Origin: Chiloscyllium plagiosum | Lineage: Eukaryota | Assembly: GCF_004010195.1 (NCBI RefSeq) | Contig: NC_057711.1 | Coordinates: forward strand, 80,330,528 to 80,394,527 | Length of the DNA: 64,000 nt | Direction of reading: 5' to 3' | In this document: in pieces, positions 51,401-64,000 of the stretch | Layout: each line of letters begins with the position of its first letter | Numbering within the stretch: the first letter of the stretch is position 1 | Notes under the pieces: generated by a model | Told to the model about the DNA's origin: nothing | What the model saw: the letters and a program-made list of their open reading frames with translations, nothing else | Databases searched by the model: none | Made by a program: the position numbers and the translations under genes

Positions 51401-51863
51401 ATTTCATAACAATTAAAATGTAATTATCACCACAAAAATATTAAAATCGAACTGAAAACATTCATGTTTCTTCATTTTAATACATTTCTGTATTGATTGC
51501 CCTATTTTACATTGACATAAATTTTTTAAACAGGATTTCACATTTTACAAGTGTGTACTGTTACATTTTATCATTGCTATTAACATTTGTTGAAATATTG
51601 AAGGCCAGCATCTTTGTTAATTATTGAATTGCATGCTTTAATTTTATTAATGTCACAAGCAGGTTCTGGGAGACTTAGCTAAAGACTGCTCACCGTATCA
51701 AATGTATATGAATATTGCTGATATTTACAACAAGTACAGCAGCATGGTAGAGCTGGACTTCTCAAGAACTACCTTCACTTACTTCCCAGGTCGATGTGAT
51801 CTGACATTATTTGACATCATTGATGATGTTGTCTGGCTGTTAGTATCTATCTATTTGTGCCAT

Positions 51864-51947
51864 GTCAGTCGCCTGAGGCGGGAATCGAACCCGGGTCTCT
51901 GGCGCTGCGAGGCAGCAGTGCTAACCACTGTGCCACCGTGCCGCCCA
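51864..51947 (-). mobile_element. HE1-like SINE tRNA head only, between 39-bp direct repeats
   Basis: Reverse complement tgggcggcacggtggcacagtggttagc...ggttcgattcccgcctcaggcgactgac. Identical repeats at 51825-51863 and 51948-51986. Confidence 0.92.
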
Positions 51948-54099
51948 GATGTTGTCTGGCTGTTAGTATCTATCTATTTGTGCCATCCTACACCTTGTTG
52001 CTCTGCCCATAATTTATTTACAACATTAATTATTTACATTATCCTTACATTCCTTCCCATACCTCAACAAATTGATTGAGGCTATTCCTGAATTACAGAG
52101 ATAGGCTCTGCAGTGGTTTGACACTTTTGAAGAAAATCTATGCTCAGTATTTCCCAAAAACAAAGCATGTGTTTAGAAAGCCTTTTGGTGGTTGAGGCTG
52201 TCAGCCACTGTGCTTGCAGTGTTTTTTCAGCAGATATGCCTTTCAATGCTAAGTGAGAGACTGTCAACATTTGTGGCTTGCTTTGCTTTTTCAGTGCATT
52301 GGAGGAGGCAGACAACTTGTCATGATTGGGAGCACTGAACAATCAAAGGAGTTAGCACGTCTTTGTTCAACACTGTGAGACATGATTTTCCTCTTCATAG
52401 CTTGTGCCATCGGCAAATACACTGTATGTGCTTATAAAAAAGGACCATGCCTGAAAGTTAAAGGGGACCTGTCTTTAGTGGGATCCAATGTACAGTAGCT
52501 AGATGGGTGAGTGTGCCACACAACATTAAAAGGCTTGTCTAATTCCAGTACTGGGATTTGGCCAAGGGCAATCAGGAACTTGTCGGGGATCTCTGTCCTT
52601 GCAGTACTGTAGGTCAAGTACAACCAGTCCAGGGATTACAGGTACCTCACTTGGGTGCTGTCGTAGCTTCAGACCAGGAGCTGCACCATGGTCAGTCAGG
52701 TGTGTCCAGCCAAGTCCATGCAGGGGGTGGGCCACAGTCAGTCCTCAGACTTCAGACATCGGGGAGGGTTTATCTAGGGACAATCTATGGCTCAGGAAAA
52801 GCATGAAGCTCGTGTTTGAGAATGGAGTTCATTGGACTGGGTCACAGAGGAAATGATTACAGCAAAAGATGACAATTGAAAATAGAAGGGATCTCATTGA
52901 GCATAGGAGGGACAGACAGCTCCATGAAAAGGGACATATAATAGATACGTAAAGGGGCAGCACAGAAATGTGGGAAGGCTAAGAGGCAATAAGGGCCAGA
53001 GGGACAGCAACACAAAAATAAACATGAAGGTTGGGAGACCATCATGTGTCTCAGTTGGAGTCTGCAAGTCACTCCCAGGAACGTGAAGTTAAAACCTTGT
53101 ATCTTCAATTCAAAGTTAATTACACATTAACAATATAAAATAGTTGTCGACACATATAGAGTGAATTGAGTAAGTTGCTGTTTTTCTCTTTTAGGATGGA
53201 ACATAACTTTTTGAATTTGAAGGTCTATTAGGGGCAATTGCATAAATCATGCATCCATTGATTCATTAATGTTATATACTTGGCATCCAATTACAATTCA
53301 GGTCATTCTTCCTGTAAGAATAAGTATTAAAAGTTAGAGTCTCGAGCAGTCATGATCATTACATTGTTTGCACTAATTGCTTCCATGTTATATCAGATAT
53401 ACAAATTTAATCAGAAGTTAACTTGGAAGTCTCACCTGGTTTTCCATTTCTGGATCACATTTCATACCTGATACTCGAAGGCAATCTTTCGGAACTGTCA
53501 AATTCCCAGACTCAACTGTATGCATGTAAATGCATGGTACCTGAAGTACAAGTACAGCCTTTTTTGGGAGGCGATGCTTTGATGGTGGATTAATGCCAGA
53601 ATTTCACTCCCCAGTGGCTCATGAATATTTTGGTTCTGGATATATCTGGATATGTTTACAGACTTCAGAGCTACTTATCAAGGCAGAACATTGAAGACCT
53701 TGTGAAGCTTTCTTGGCACACTGTACCATTGTATAATTCAATACTTCATTATGATTGATGTGAGGGCTCTGGAGTGTCATCATTGAAGCAATGTTCTCTT
53801 TCTGACATTCCTTGCAGATTATTGGCTCATGCATCTGGTATCAAAATTGCAGTTGCTGGATCCCTGGTTACTTGGTTCACAGGTTAAGATAGTACAGAAG
53901 GAGAGACCAGTTACAAATTAGTGATCAACTCCAGCAAGGACAGCAACCTCCAATGAGTACTTTTCATCCTTCAAAGGGAGGAGTGGCAATTGAAGACCCA
54001 CTGAGGAAGCAGAGGAAAATAAAGTTGCATTTAGCAGCCTTACTGTAAATTTCAACAGCTCTAGGAAATCCAGTGCAGCTACAAAATAAGGTTGTCCTG

Positions 54100-54420
54100 G
54101 GCAGCTTTACTGTGTCATTCTGCTAGAGCAAGTCTTGCACTCGGAATGAATAGGTGGTTATGCCAACCCAATGGCTGTCGAAGTTCCAGCTGTCTTCCAT
54201 TTTTATGCCAGTAGTCTATTTCAAGAAGCAAGTGGCAATCTGTGCAGCATTTCTCAATGTGTGACACACAAAGGGTTCTGTCATGTCTCTGATGCCACGT
54301 TACACCCATTTCTATCTGTCCCCTGTGACAAGGACTTCAGACATTCTAGGCAGTGGGACTCTACACCATAACTGCCTTTCCCTCTGTGCAGACTGCAATG
54401 GGCTGCATCCACATTTTACT
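54100..54420 (+). pseudogene. Harbinger (HARBI1-like) transposase fragment
   Basis: MAVEVPAVFHFYASSLFQEASGNLCSISQCVTHKGFCHVSDA, then AFPSVQTAMGCIHI (compare FP.VQGAIDCTHV). Confidence 0.75.
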
Positions 54421-54750
54421 GTTCGTGATGTGATCATCAGTTGTGAAGTAACATTGTCATAAGTGAAACCTTTGGTTAACTGTTCACAAATTAATATTGA
54501 GCTTCAAAATATAGCCAAGGAAGTCCCTGTGTAATCTAATTTGTCTATGAATGTGCTCTGTGTCAAAAAACCCAAATAAAATTAAAATGACCCAGTCAAG
54601 AAAAGAAAAAAAGTCTTTATTTTACAATTTGTTTGCAGCTTAAAATGACCTGAATTTGTAGAGTAAAAGGCATTGAGAAACTCAGATAACTTTTCTGCTT
54701 ATTGTGTCATCTTTGATCAAATCTGTCATGTTGTAAATGCAGTGAAATAA

Positions 54751-55305
54751 TTGATTTGGTTTATTATAATCATATGTACCAAAATACAGTGAAAAGTATT
54801 GTTTTGCCTGCTATCCATGGGCTATCTACATAAGTACATCAGGGTAATAGAGCAAAATGCAGAATGTGGTGTTACAGCTAGAGAAGCTGCAGAGAAAGAT
54901 CAACTCTAATATGAGAGGTCCATTCATAGATATGATAACAGAGGGGCAAAGCTCTTCCTGAATCTATTGGTGTGTGTTTTCAAACTTTTGTATCTTCTGC
55001 CCAATGGAAGAGGGTGGAAGAGAATATAACTAAGGTGGGAGAGGTCTTTGATTATGTTGGCTGCTTTCCCAAGGCAGTGGGAATTATACAGGAAGTCATT
55101 GGAAGGAAGACTAGTTTCCATAGTGGACCGGTCTGCATTCACAACTCTCTGCAATTTCTTGCAGTCTTAGACAGAGCAGTTGCCATACCAAGCTGTGATG
55201 CACCCAGATAGGATAGTTTCTATGGTGTATCAATAAAAATTGGTAAGATTCATTGTGGATATGCCAAATTTCCTAAGCCTTCTGCAGAAGTAAAGGTGTT
55301 GGTAT
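54751..55305 (-). mobile_element. Rex1/Babar LINE 3' fragment
   Basis: QRVVNADRSTMETSLPS...LFHPLPLGRRYKSLKTHTNRFRKSF. Homologous to 19873-20440. Confidence 0.88.
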
Positions 55306-55489
55306 GTGTGTTTTGTGCTGCTCCGTGGAATCCTGAAGCATCTCTATGTCCTCTGTGGCTTTAGCTAGAGAAATAGGTGAGTGAATGAATGGGCATTAAA
55401 CAGATTGTTCAGGATCATCAAGGTAATGATCTTTCTTTTCTTCTGTTGATTAATTTTGTCCATACCACAAAAATGCCGGATCTAAGCTT

Positions 55490-55840
55490 TTTTTATTTGT
55501 TGATTGGATGTGTGTATCACTAGCTAGGCCAGCATTGATTGTCCATATTTAAATGCCCAGAGGCCAGTTAAGAGTCAATTACATTGCCGTGGGCCTGAGG
55601 ACACATGTTGGCACACCAAGCAATAATGGTAAATTTTCTTCCATAAAAGCTATTGAAGAATCATATGAGCTTTTATGACAATCAACGATGGTTACCATTA
55701 GGCTAGATTTATATTCCAGATTTTTTATTAAATTCAAATTTCACTATCTGCCACGGTGGGACTCAAACCCATGTCCTCAGAAAAATTATCCTGGGGTCCT
55801 GTAGTACTACTTAAGTAACATTACCACAGAACCATCACCT
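55490..55840 (-). mobile_element. tRNA-derived SINE, same family as 61480-61835
   Basis: Reverse-complement homology, including aattcaaatttcactatctgccacggtgggactcaaaccc. Confidence 0.75.
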
Positions 55841-56312
55841 TGTACTATATGAACAATGCTTTCACATTTGCAAAGTCATGTAGATTCATGGAATTTCCTG
55901 ATCATGAGGTGGCAATGTTTTTGGTGCCTTCCTTCTTGGAGAGTCCAATGGGAGGATCCTTTATTTGTAGTTAACTGAAGAGGTTAGGAAAAGCATTGAA
56001 CATTTTTTACATAGTGTATAACTGCACAAAGCTGAATGATAATTATATGATTGTTCAGAATATGAAGAACAATAGGGAATAACTAAGAGGTTAATCACAA
56101 GGAAGAAATTGAAGTATGAAAGGAAGCCTGAAAATGGATAGCAAGATAACAGGTACTCAAAAAATTATAGAGTTCATAAAGTGAGCGTTAATGCCATAAA
56201 CAGTGAGAATGAGTGTTTGTAATATACAATGGTCAATGAAATAAAGAACTATTTTGCTTCTGTCTTCAGTTCAGAGGAACAAAAATCATTCTCCCCAGAG
56301 ATGAAATTCCTT

Positions 56313-56665
56313 TTAATCTCTTGTGGGATATGGGCATCACTAGCTGGGCAGCATTTCTTGCCTGTCCATAGTTGCCCTTTACCAGGTGACCATGATCTGC
56401 CTTCTTGAACCACTGCAGTCCAGGTGCTGTAGGTTGGACATTTTATTTTCCTTTTGTGTCTGTTTCTTTAATTTGTGCACTTGTGTTTAATTCTAAGATG
56501 GCGCCGGAAAGTGGCGACTCTATACACTTTTCACTGTACCCCGTTCTCTTGAATTTGGGTGCATGTGACAATAAAATCAAATCTAACCTAATCTAATAAT
56601 GCCATTAGGGAGGGAATTCCAGGATTTTGACCCAATGACATTGAAGGATCGGTTATATATTTCAG
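56313..56665 (-). mobile_element. LINE 3' end (same family as 47535 and 57560), split by the insertion at 56441-56595
   Basis: gggatatgggcatcactagctgggcagcattt...ccttcttgaaccactgcagtcc | ttagggagggaattccaggattttgaccca. Confidence 0.75.
56441..56595 (+). mobile_element. Short element ending in a Rex1/Babar-type tail
   Basis: cacttttcactgtac...catgtgacaataaaatcaaatc matches the tails of the Rex copies. Contains aagatggcgccg. Confidence 0.6.
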
Positions 56666-57559
56666 AAATGGAAGGGGGAGAGGAACTTAAAAATTTTAAA
56701 ATCACCAGTGAAGTGATATTAAGTAAATTACTGAAACTGTGGGCTGACAGTCTCTGGGTCTAGATTAACTTCATGTATTGTCTTTACAGAAGTGGCTAAT
56801 GAGCTAGTGAATACTTTGGTGTTAATTTTCCAAAATTCTGTCAATTCTGGAAAGGTTCTATCAGACTAGAAAATAGCAAATGACCTTTCTATTCAAGAAG
56901 GGAAAGTGGATGAAAATGGGAAACTATAACCCAGTTATCTTGACCTCTAGTATTGGGAATTTATCAGAATTGAATTAAAGAGATTTTAGCTGTGCACTTA
57001 GAAAAATCCAAGAGTCAGCGAGGTTTGGTGAAAGGAAAATCACATTTTTCATGACTAATGGGAATTTTTTGAAGGAGTACTGTACTCTGTAGATAAAGGG
57101 TAGCCTGTAGATGTACTATACTTGGACTCCCAGAAAGTATTTGATAATGTGATAATGTGCATACTAAAGTTTACCATGGAAAGTAAAAACTCATGAATCA
57201 TGTTGTAGTATATTTGGATGGATAGAAGATTGCATGACAGACAGTAAAGAGAAAGCATGCATCTATGGGAAATTGTTTTATTGGCAAGATGTGACCATTA
57301 GAGTTCTACAGGTTTCTGAGCTGAGTGTCAACTCTTTACAATTTAGACCAATGACTTAGATTTAGAGGATGAAGGCATGGTAGCTAAATTTGCAAATGAC
57401 ATCAAGATAGATAGGAAAGTATGTTGTGAAAGAGGTTTGCAAATAGATAGTTGTGTGTGAGGACAAAATTTAACTTAAAGATATGCGTGATATTTAGTTT
57501 CAGTGAGCTAAATTTCAAGCAGTGTATACAACAGATGACATTGCATTATTTAAGGCTGC

Positions 57560-57850
57560 TTTGACAACACCTTCCAAAATAGCAACTTGAACCTTCTAGA
57601 AGGACAAGGGCAACAGACACATAAGAACACTATCATTTGAAAGTTCCCTTCCATGCAGCACACCATCTTGACTTGTAACTATGTTGCCATTCTTTCACTG
57701 TTGCTGAGTCAAAATCCTGGAAGTCCCTTCCTAACAGCATTGTGGGTAAGCTATCGCAGATTAAAAGGTGTTTTGTAGCCACCTTCATAGGGGCAATTAG
57801 AGATAAGCAGTTACAGTGACTTGCACATCCCATGACAGAATATGAAAAAA
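57560..57850 (+). mobile_element. LINE 3' end (CR1-like)
   Basis: ctagaaggacaagggca...caaaatcctggaagtcccttcctaacagcattgtggg...gggcaattag...cacatcccatga. Confidence 0.8.
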
Positions 57851-60104
57851 TTAATTTCTTTTATCTCCACACCACTCAAATTCCCTCCCACGCTTTTCAT
57901 TCCAAAGGCAACAGTTACATTGCATTCAACCTGAAAATGTGCTACAGAATCATGTATAATTTGCTACATGGTTTCAAAGTTATAAGATGTAGCTCTTCCA
58001 CAAGAATTTAATAGTGCACATACCAGTAAGTATCATCCATTTAGGGAACAAATTTGGAATAAACAACATAACTTTGCTCTCTTATCATAGAATTCTAATT
58101 ATCATGATGTAAAAGAGTAAGGGTAATGATGCTTTGTCCTACACAGTGCCTCTGCTCTCATATCCTATTCTCCAACTCTATATACTTTCCTGCTAAAATG
58201 TATAACATCTACTGGTTTCTCTGTTAAAATGAAAGCAGAATTGTTCCAATCTCCCCAGTGTAGCCATTTTCTGTGTTTATTCAAAATAACTGATATTACA
58301 GCACTGAGGGGGAAAAAAAAGCAGTAATATTATCTAGTGAACTGTAGATTCTATTCTCCAATTAATTCAAGGTGATACATGGATCTTTTGAGTAAACTAT
58401 AGATAGATGCCTCTTGTGTTACATTTAAACATTTTGCTGAGCAAAACAAATGAATGTTTGCACAGGAACCATACATCACTGCTGTCCCATTTATGGATGA
58501 TCAAGTATCCCATGTTCCTACAGGAATTGATCACTGTTTAATAGGATAGTCTCTTACATTTATTATTTCAAGCAAGAGGAGCACTTGCTGAGATCAGCGT
58601 GGTGTGTGCTGCAATCAGAGACACAACAATTATTTATACCTTCAGTTAATATCCACAGGATTTTAAGGCAAGGGTCATATGTAGCAAAGCCAGTAAAATA
58701 AAATAAATTTATTGCATTGCATAATTATTATTCTGGGTAAAAGGGGCATTTGATCTAACGGGGTAAGACCATCACACAATCCCAGAATTTATGTGACAAT
58801 AAGTTTATGAGAGTGATGCTAAATCAAAGGACAGTGCTCTATGATTGCTATCACTTTCATGTGATTCAGCACATCATGCATTCAGCATTATCTGGGTGAC
58901 TAGAGATGCCAAATTATATTTCCACTGCAAACTCTCTTTTTCAATTTCAACAGCCAACTCCCCTTTTACATATTCCTAAGCAGGTCTTCATCACATAGTT
59001 CCACTATCCAAGCAGAAGCCTCATCCTAAAATCTCATCAGACTGTCTTTCTGTTTGGTATTCACCACCCAGTCTTGATGCTTTCTTAGCAATGCTCCTGT
59101 GTCTTCATCCACAGTATTTAATTGAAGAAGCTCTTACTTTTGGTGCTGAAGCAACCTCGAATTAGGTGGCAATAGATGAAAATATAATGTCCTATTCAAA
59201 TATATTTATGTCACTTTGAAGCTCACTTATGGACATATTATTGCAGACCTAGATATGCATGACCATAAAGTAACTTCTTATTCAATATTTATAATCCAAT
59301 CTTCAATTTAATCTTATCATTCAATTCAAAGTTTAAATGGATACATTAAATTATAAAAAGCCATTCTTTATTTTTATTCTCAACTGTTCTTACAATGTGT
59401 GAATTGATAAAAATGCCGTATATATTGGCCAATCTTAGTTCCCCTGTGAATGTAAAGGTAAAATTATAACTTGACCTACTGCACTCTATGTGGCAATGTT
59501 AGATAGGGTTATCTAAGAATTTAACCAAGCCTTAAAGGCTCTATATTTGAGATGTACATAATATTTAGAAAATCCTTACCATAAACCCCCTGTCCTCTTT
59601 CTCAGTTTTCAAATTGCTAACCTGTATATTGGCAAAGCCTCAACAGCCATTCTAATCTATTTCAGACTTCATTCACATAGGCTCAATGGATTGGGAAGGT
59701 AAATGAGAGAATTGGACAGCTCACTGCTTCAAATTGGATAAGTTAACACACTGGAAATATTGAGCAGCTGGCACCCTGGAGAATGGTTTTGTCAGGAAAA
59801 GTTTGTTCTCGTAGGTGGAGTTGGGTGGGTACCAGCCAGAGCAGTAATCCAGGCTGTTTATGTGGAGAAGCATTCTTCTTTCTCTTCACCCACAAACATG
59901 AATTTGTAGTTTAGGCTTTTTTTGAACATTACATAATCCTGATTTGATATTAAAAGGGCTTACTGCCTGACAGCAGTGGACACAGTGTTGACTATTTATT
60001 GATGGAAACACATGAAAAATATTCCATTAAACTTGACAGAATAGAAATAATGTCAGTTTCACTTACTTTCAACCCACAAGTGGAATATCAGAAAATGTAC
60101 TTCA

Positions 60105-60585
60105 CATATTAAGCTGGAGAGTGTTCAGAAGAGATTTACAAGGATGTTACCAGAAAGGGAATGTTTGTGTTATAAAGAGAGGCTGGATAAGCTAGGATTT
60201 TTTTTCAAGGAGGAGGTAGGAGGTTGAGGTAACTTTATAGAGGTTCATAAAATCATGAGAGGTACTGCTAAGTTGAATGGCAGGTGTATTTTCCCTAAGG
60301 AGGGAGATTTCAAGACGAGGTGTGTATCTTTAAGATAAGAGGAGAATTTTTTTTTTAAATGGGCAACAGTTTTTACACAGAGTGTGACTCATGTATGAAA
60401 TGAACTTCCAAAGGAAGTGGTGGATGGAGGTACGGTTACAACATTAAAAAGACATTTGGATGAGTACATGATTAAGAAATGTTTGGAGGGAAATGGGTCA
60501 AGCGCAGACAGATGGGACCAGTTTAGTTTAGGGTTATGGTCAGCATGGACTGAAAGGGTATGTTTCTGTGCTGTATGACTCTATT
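60105..60585 (+). mobile_element. CR1/HER1-type 3' fragment
   Basis: ctggagagtgttcagaagagatttacaaggatgttacca...ctgtatgactcta. Confidence 0.9.
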
Positions 60586-61479
60586 TAAAATAATGATTTG
60601 CTGATTGTCACAGTACTGAGATTCTAGAGCTAAGATTGAAAGTGAAGGTATGCCATCTTCCAACAGGTCATAAAAATAAATGAATGTTTCTACAGAGGTC
60701 TTTCATGCAGTGGATTTTAAATCTCAAAGTAAAAAGAAAATTCTCCCTGTAATTTTGGGCTGTAATTCAAAATATTAGTTTACTAATATAGATCATAGTG
60801 CTATCATGAGGAGAAGAACAGAATATGAAATGATTCGTTAATGCAATAATAAATTTATTTATGTCTATTCAATTTGAGATAAATTGATGCAACACACATG
60901 TTTGGGATTCAATTCTAAACTAATATCTCCATTTTTGGTCACCAGTTATATTGTGTTACCTTTGAAATGTTAATTTCATATATCATCCCCTATATTATCA
61001 TTTCTTGTATACTGCTTGGTTATGCTTCAGCGTCTGTAGCAAAACAATGCTAGAAGTAAAGCTAACTAGTTTTTCTCACTGCAAACATTACTGTGATGGA
61101 ACATAATTATCAAAGGCAGTTTAGATTGCTGGGCCAGGATGGGTTTGATGCTACGCATATTTATGTACTTTTACCAATCAGTGACATTCTATAAGGCAAT
61201 GCGATCTGACATATCTTTAAATATGAAGAATAGGATAAATACATAGTGCTTAATTTGAGGAATTATCAACATTGAAGTTTTATTAATATATGTTACTGCA
61301 CTTAATAGCATGCCAAATGTCATATATATTTGTATAGCACTTAATCCAAAATAGTCACTTAATAGCTAATCAAATATATTTGTTAATTCAAAGCAGTGTT
61401 GTCAATTTATTAAGAATTAATATTTCAATAATCAAATTAATTGTCTTCATTACACATTTGCTGCAGCATCTCATGGGAA

Positions 61480-61835
61480 AAGGATGGCTTAGTGCCATTG
61501 TCGCTGGAGTGTGTATCCCCAGACCCAGGTAATGTTCTAGGGACCCGAGTTAAAATCCTACCATGGCAGATGGTGGGATTTCAATTCAATAAAAGTCTGG
61601 AAGTAAGTGTCCAATGATGACATTGAGACCATTGTCGATTGTCAGAAAAACCCATCTGGCTTGCTAATATCCTTTAGGGAAGGAAAGCTGCTATCCTTAC
61701 CTGATCTGGCCTGCCTATGACTCCAAATCCGCAGCAATGTGGTTGATTTTTATCTACCCTCTGGGCAATTAGGGATAGGCAATAATTGCTGACCCAACCA
61801 GCAACACCCTTATTCTGTGAATGAATAAAAGAAAA
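61480..61835 (+). mobile_element. tRNA-derived SINE with a LINE-derived tail
   Basis: B-box-like gagttaaaatcc, body ...cctttagggaaggaaa..., tail gggcaattagggataggcaataa...gaatgaataaaa. Confidence 0.75.
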
Positions 61836-61967
61836 TTCCAGTTCCCATGTATAGTATTATATAAAGCTAGGTTTTAATATTCTGATATGCATGAATCTGC
61901 ATCTGATGGAGGAAAAGAGGATAAAGGGACTGCAGTCTGGGAACCCTGCCCTCATTCCAATCATGTA

Positions 61968-63188
61968 GTGGAGATTGGCAAATGTGGTGCCACTGTTTAA
62001 GAAGGGCAGTAAAGACAAGCCAGGGAACTATAGACCAGTGAGCCTGACCTCGGTGGTGGGCAAGGTGTTGGAGGGAATCCTGAGGGACAGGATGTACGTG
62101 TATTCAGAAAGGCAAGGACTGATTCGGGATAGTCAACATGGCTTTGTGAATGGGAAATCATGCCTCACAAACTTGATTGAGTTTTTTGAAGAAGTAACAA
62201 AGAAGATTGATGAGGGAAGAGCAGTAGATGTGATCTATATGGACTTCAGTAAGGNNNNNNNNNNNNNNNNNNNNNNNNNNNNNNNNNNNNNNNNNNNNNN
62301 NNNNNNNNNNNNNNNNNNNNNNNNNNNNNNNNNNNNNNNNNNNNNNNNNNNNNNNNNNNNNNNNNNNNNNNNNNNNNNNNNNNNNNNNNNNNNNNNNNNN
62401 NNNNNNNNNNNNNNNNNNNNNNNNNNNNNNNNNNNNNNNNNNNNNNNNNNNNNNNNNNNNNNNNNNNNNNNNNNNNNNNNNNNNNNNNNNNNNNNNNNNN
62501 NNNNNNNNNNNNNNNNNNNNNNNNNNNNNNNNNNNNNNNNNNNNNNNNNNNNNNNNNNNNNNNNNNNNNNNNNNNNNNNNNNNNNNNNNNNNNNNNNNNN
62601 NNNNNNNNNNNNNNNNNNNNNNNNNNNNNNNNNNNNNNNNNNNNNNNNNNNNNNNNNNNNNNNNNNNNNNNNNNNNNNNNNNNNNNNNNNNNNNNNNNNN
62701 NNNNNNNNNNNNNNNNNNNNNNNNNNNNNNNNNNNNNNNNNNNNNNNNNNNNNNNNNNNNNNNNNNNNNNNNNNNNNNNNNNNNNNNNNNNNNNNNNNNN
62801 NNNNNNNNNNNNNNNNNNNNNNNNNNNNNNNNNNNNNNNNNNNNNNNNNNNNNNNNNNNNNNNNNNNNNNNNNNNNNNNNNNNNNNNNNNNNNNNNNNNN
62901 NNNNNNNNNNNNNNNNNNNNNNGATATAAAAGAGACCTAAGGGGCAACTTTTTCACGCAGAGGGTGGTACATGTATGGAATGAGCTGCCAGAGGATGTGG
63001 TGGAGGCTGGTACAATTGCAACAGTTAAGAGGCATTTGGATGGGTATATGAATAGGAAGGGTTTGAAGGTATATGGGCCGTGTGCTGGCAGGTGGGACTA
63101 AATTGGGTTGGGATATCTGGTCGGCATGGACGGGTTGGACTAAAGGGTCTGTTTCCATGCTGTACATCTCTGTGACTCTATGACTCTA
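61968..63188 (+). mobile_element. Young CR1/HER1-type LINE spanning the assembly gap
   Basis: ANVVPLFKKGSKDKPGNYRPVSLTSVVGK...SQHGF..GKSCLTNLIEFFEEV...YMDFSK before the gap, and the young-family 3' end after it. Confidence 0.93.
62255..62922. other. Assembly gap (668 N)
   Basis: Run of N. Confidence 1.
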
Positions 63189-63559
63189 TCTGATATCTCA
63201 AGGGCACAGGTAAAGGCTTGTGTAGTAAATTCAAATGCAGCAATCCTGTTGCAGGTGGTGGTCCGATGTGGAGTTGGTGATTTCAGACAAATAGAATGAT
63301 CTTTACTAACATGCCCAATACAATTTTGTAAGTGACCTCAAGGCTGCTACATCAATCTGGTTGGCAGATGTCCTACCGATTTCAAGGGGGCCCCAATTCC
63401 ACAAAAACGCTTGATTTATATACTGCTTTTAGCATGACAAACCAACCTAAAGATATTTAGACTCAGTTATGAAAGTGAGCAATAGAAATCAGGCTGTCCA
63501 TTGGTTCCCAGTGTGGATACAGGTTGAGTTGAGGGGAGCTGGTCATTGCCACTTCAAGC

Positions 63560-63905
63560 TTTTTCCTCAAACCATCTCTATCTGCTGCAAAGTGTTTGTA
63601 GAGATAACATCTGGGCAAGGGATACAAGAAAAGGAAACAGATGAACATTGTCAACATGCTGTTGAGTGCAGCATTCCTGATGAAGGAAGTTGTAGATACT
63701 AAGACAGTGTATGAAGCCTTCCAGATTCAATGCAAAGTGAATCTTGAGCACTCTGGAAGTCATCATTCTAGGAGAGATATTGAATCTGAAAGACAAGTGC
63801 CTTGCTCAAATCAAGCAAACCATGGACCAACTCTTTAAATGGTGTATGAAACAATAGTGAAAGATTGGCCTGAATATATCAAGGACACACCTATTGCTAA
63901 AAGGG
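63560..63905 (+). mobile_element. Gypsy pol linker fragment
   Basis: YKKRKQMNIVNMLLSA (compare Y..GK.M.IAD.LSRA) and TIVKDWPEYIKDTP. Similar in type to ~46400-46460 on the minus strand. Confidence 0.55.
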
Positions 63906-63924
63906 TGATTTTTTTAAAAAATGC

Positions 63925-64000
63925 ATCCACTAGTGGGACGCAGGCATTGCTGGTCAACCAGTATTTATTTCTGTCCCTAGTTGCCCTTGAGAACGTGCTG
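63925..64000 (-). mobile_element. LINE 3' tail fragment, truncated by the window edge
   Basis: Reverse complement ttctcaagggcaactagggacagaaataaatactgg...cgtcccac. Confidence 0.7.

Larger units (their letters stand above)
56040..57480 (+). mobile_element. Old CR1 ORF2 fragment with nested insertions at ~56313-56665
   Basis: NYFASVF, LQKWLM/EVANE and EFFEGV...DKG.PVDVLYLDSQK remnants, plus KFANDIK. Confidence 0.8.

Noticed and set aside
51663..51790. Open segment VLGDLAKDCSPYQMYMNIADIYNKYSSMVELDF
   Set aside because: Weak splice signals and no recognisable protein family. The longer ORF's internal repeat comes from the SINE duplication.
53640..53870. Possible minus-strand Harbinger remnant (also ~50030-50440)
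   Set aside because: Motif matches are too degenerate to support by eye.
61975..62956. 321-aa and 236-aa ORFs
   Set aside because: Their length is an artefact of the N gap. The real part is CR1 reverse transcriptase.
1..64000. CRISPR arrays, rRNA, bona fide tRNA genes, prokaryotic operons
   Set aside because: None seen. The tRNA-like sequences are SINE heads.

Overview
Vertebrate genomic DNA, almost certainly a cartilaginous fish (shark). This is inferred from HE1-like V-SINEs, DeuSINE-like fragments and abundant CR1/HER1-type LINEs. I found no convincing host protein-coding exon, so the window reads as intergenic or intronic DNA built from layered transposable elements. These include many CR1 LINE pieces (one spanning an N gap at 62255-62922), two Rex1/Babar 3' ends, a decayed Gypsy provirus with both LTRs and a 5-bp TSD (13458-17146), other Gypsy fragments, a probable solo LTR, Harbinger transposase and Myb/SANT fossils, and several SINEs. 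The most striking signal is a set of Penelope-like (GIY-YIG) fold-back insertions from four to five sequence families. Each has inverted arms, an unpaired tail of about 30-35 nt at one end and an 11-17 bp TSD. Most arms carry a minimal type-I hammerhead ribozyme motif (CTGANGA-N-stem II-GAAA-palindromic stem III-UH). Two motifs look fully intact (1550-1589 minus, 31147-31181 minus). Hammerheads in Penelope elements are established knowledge, so novelty here is limited to the specific families and architectures and needs database checks. Boundaries of decayed elements were read by eye and are approximate.
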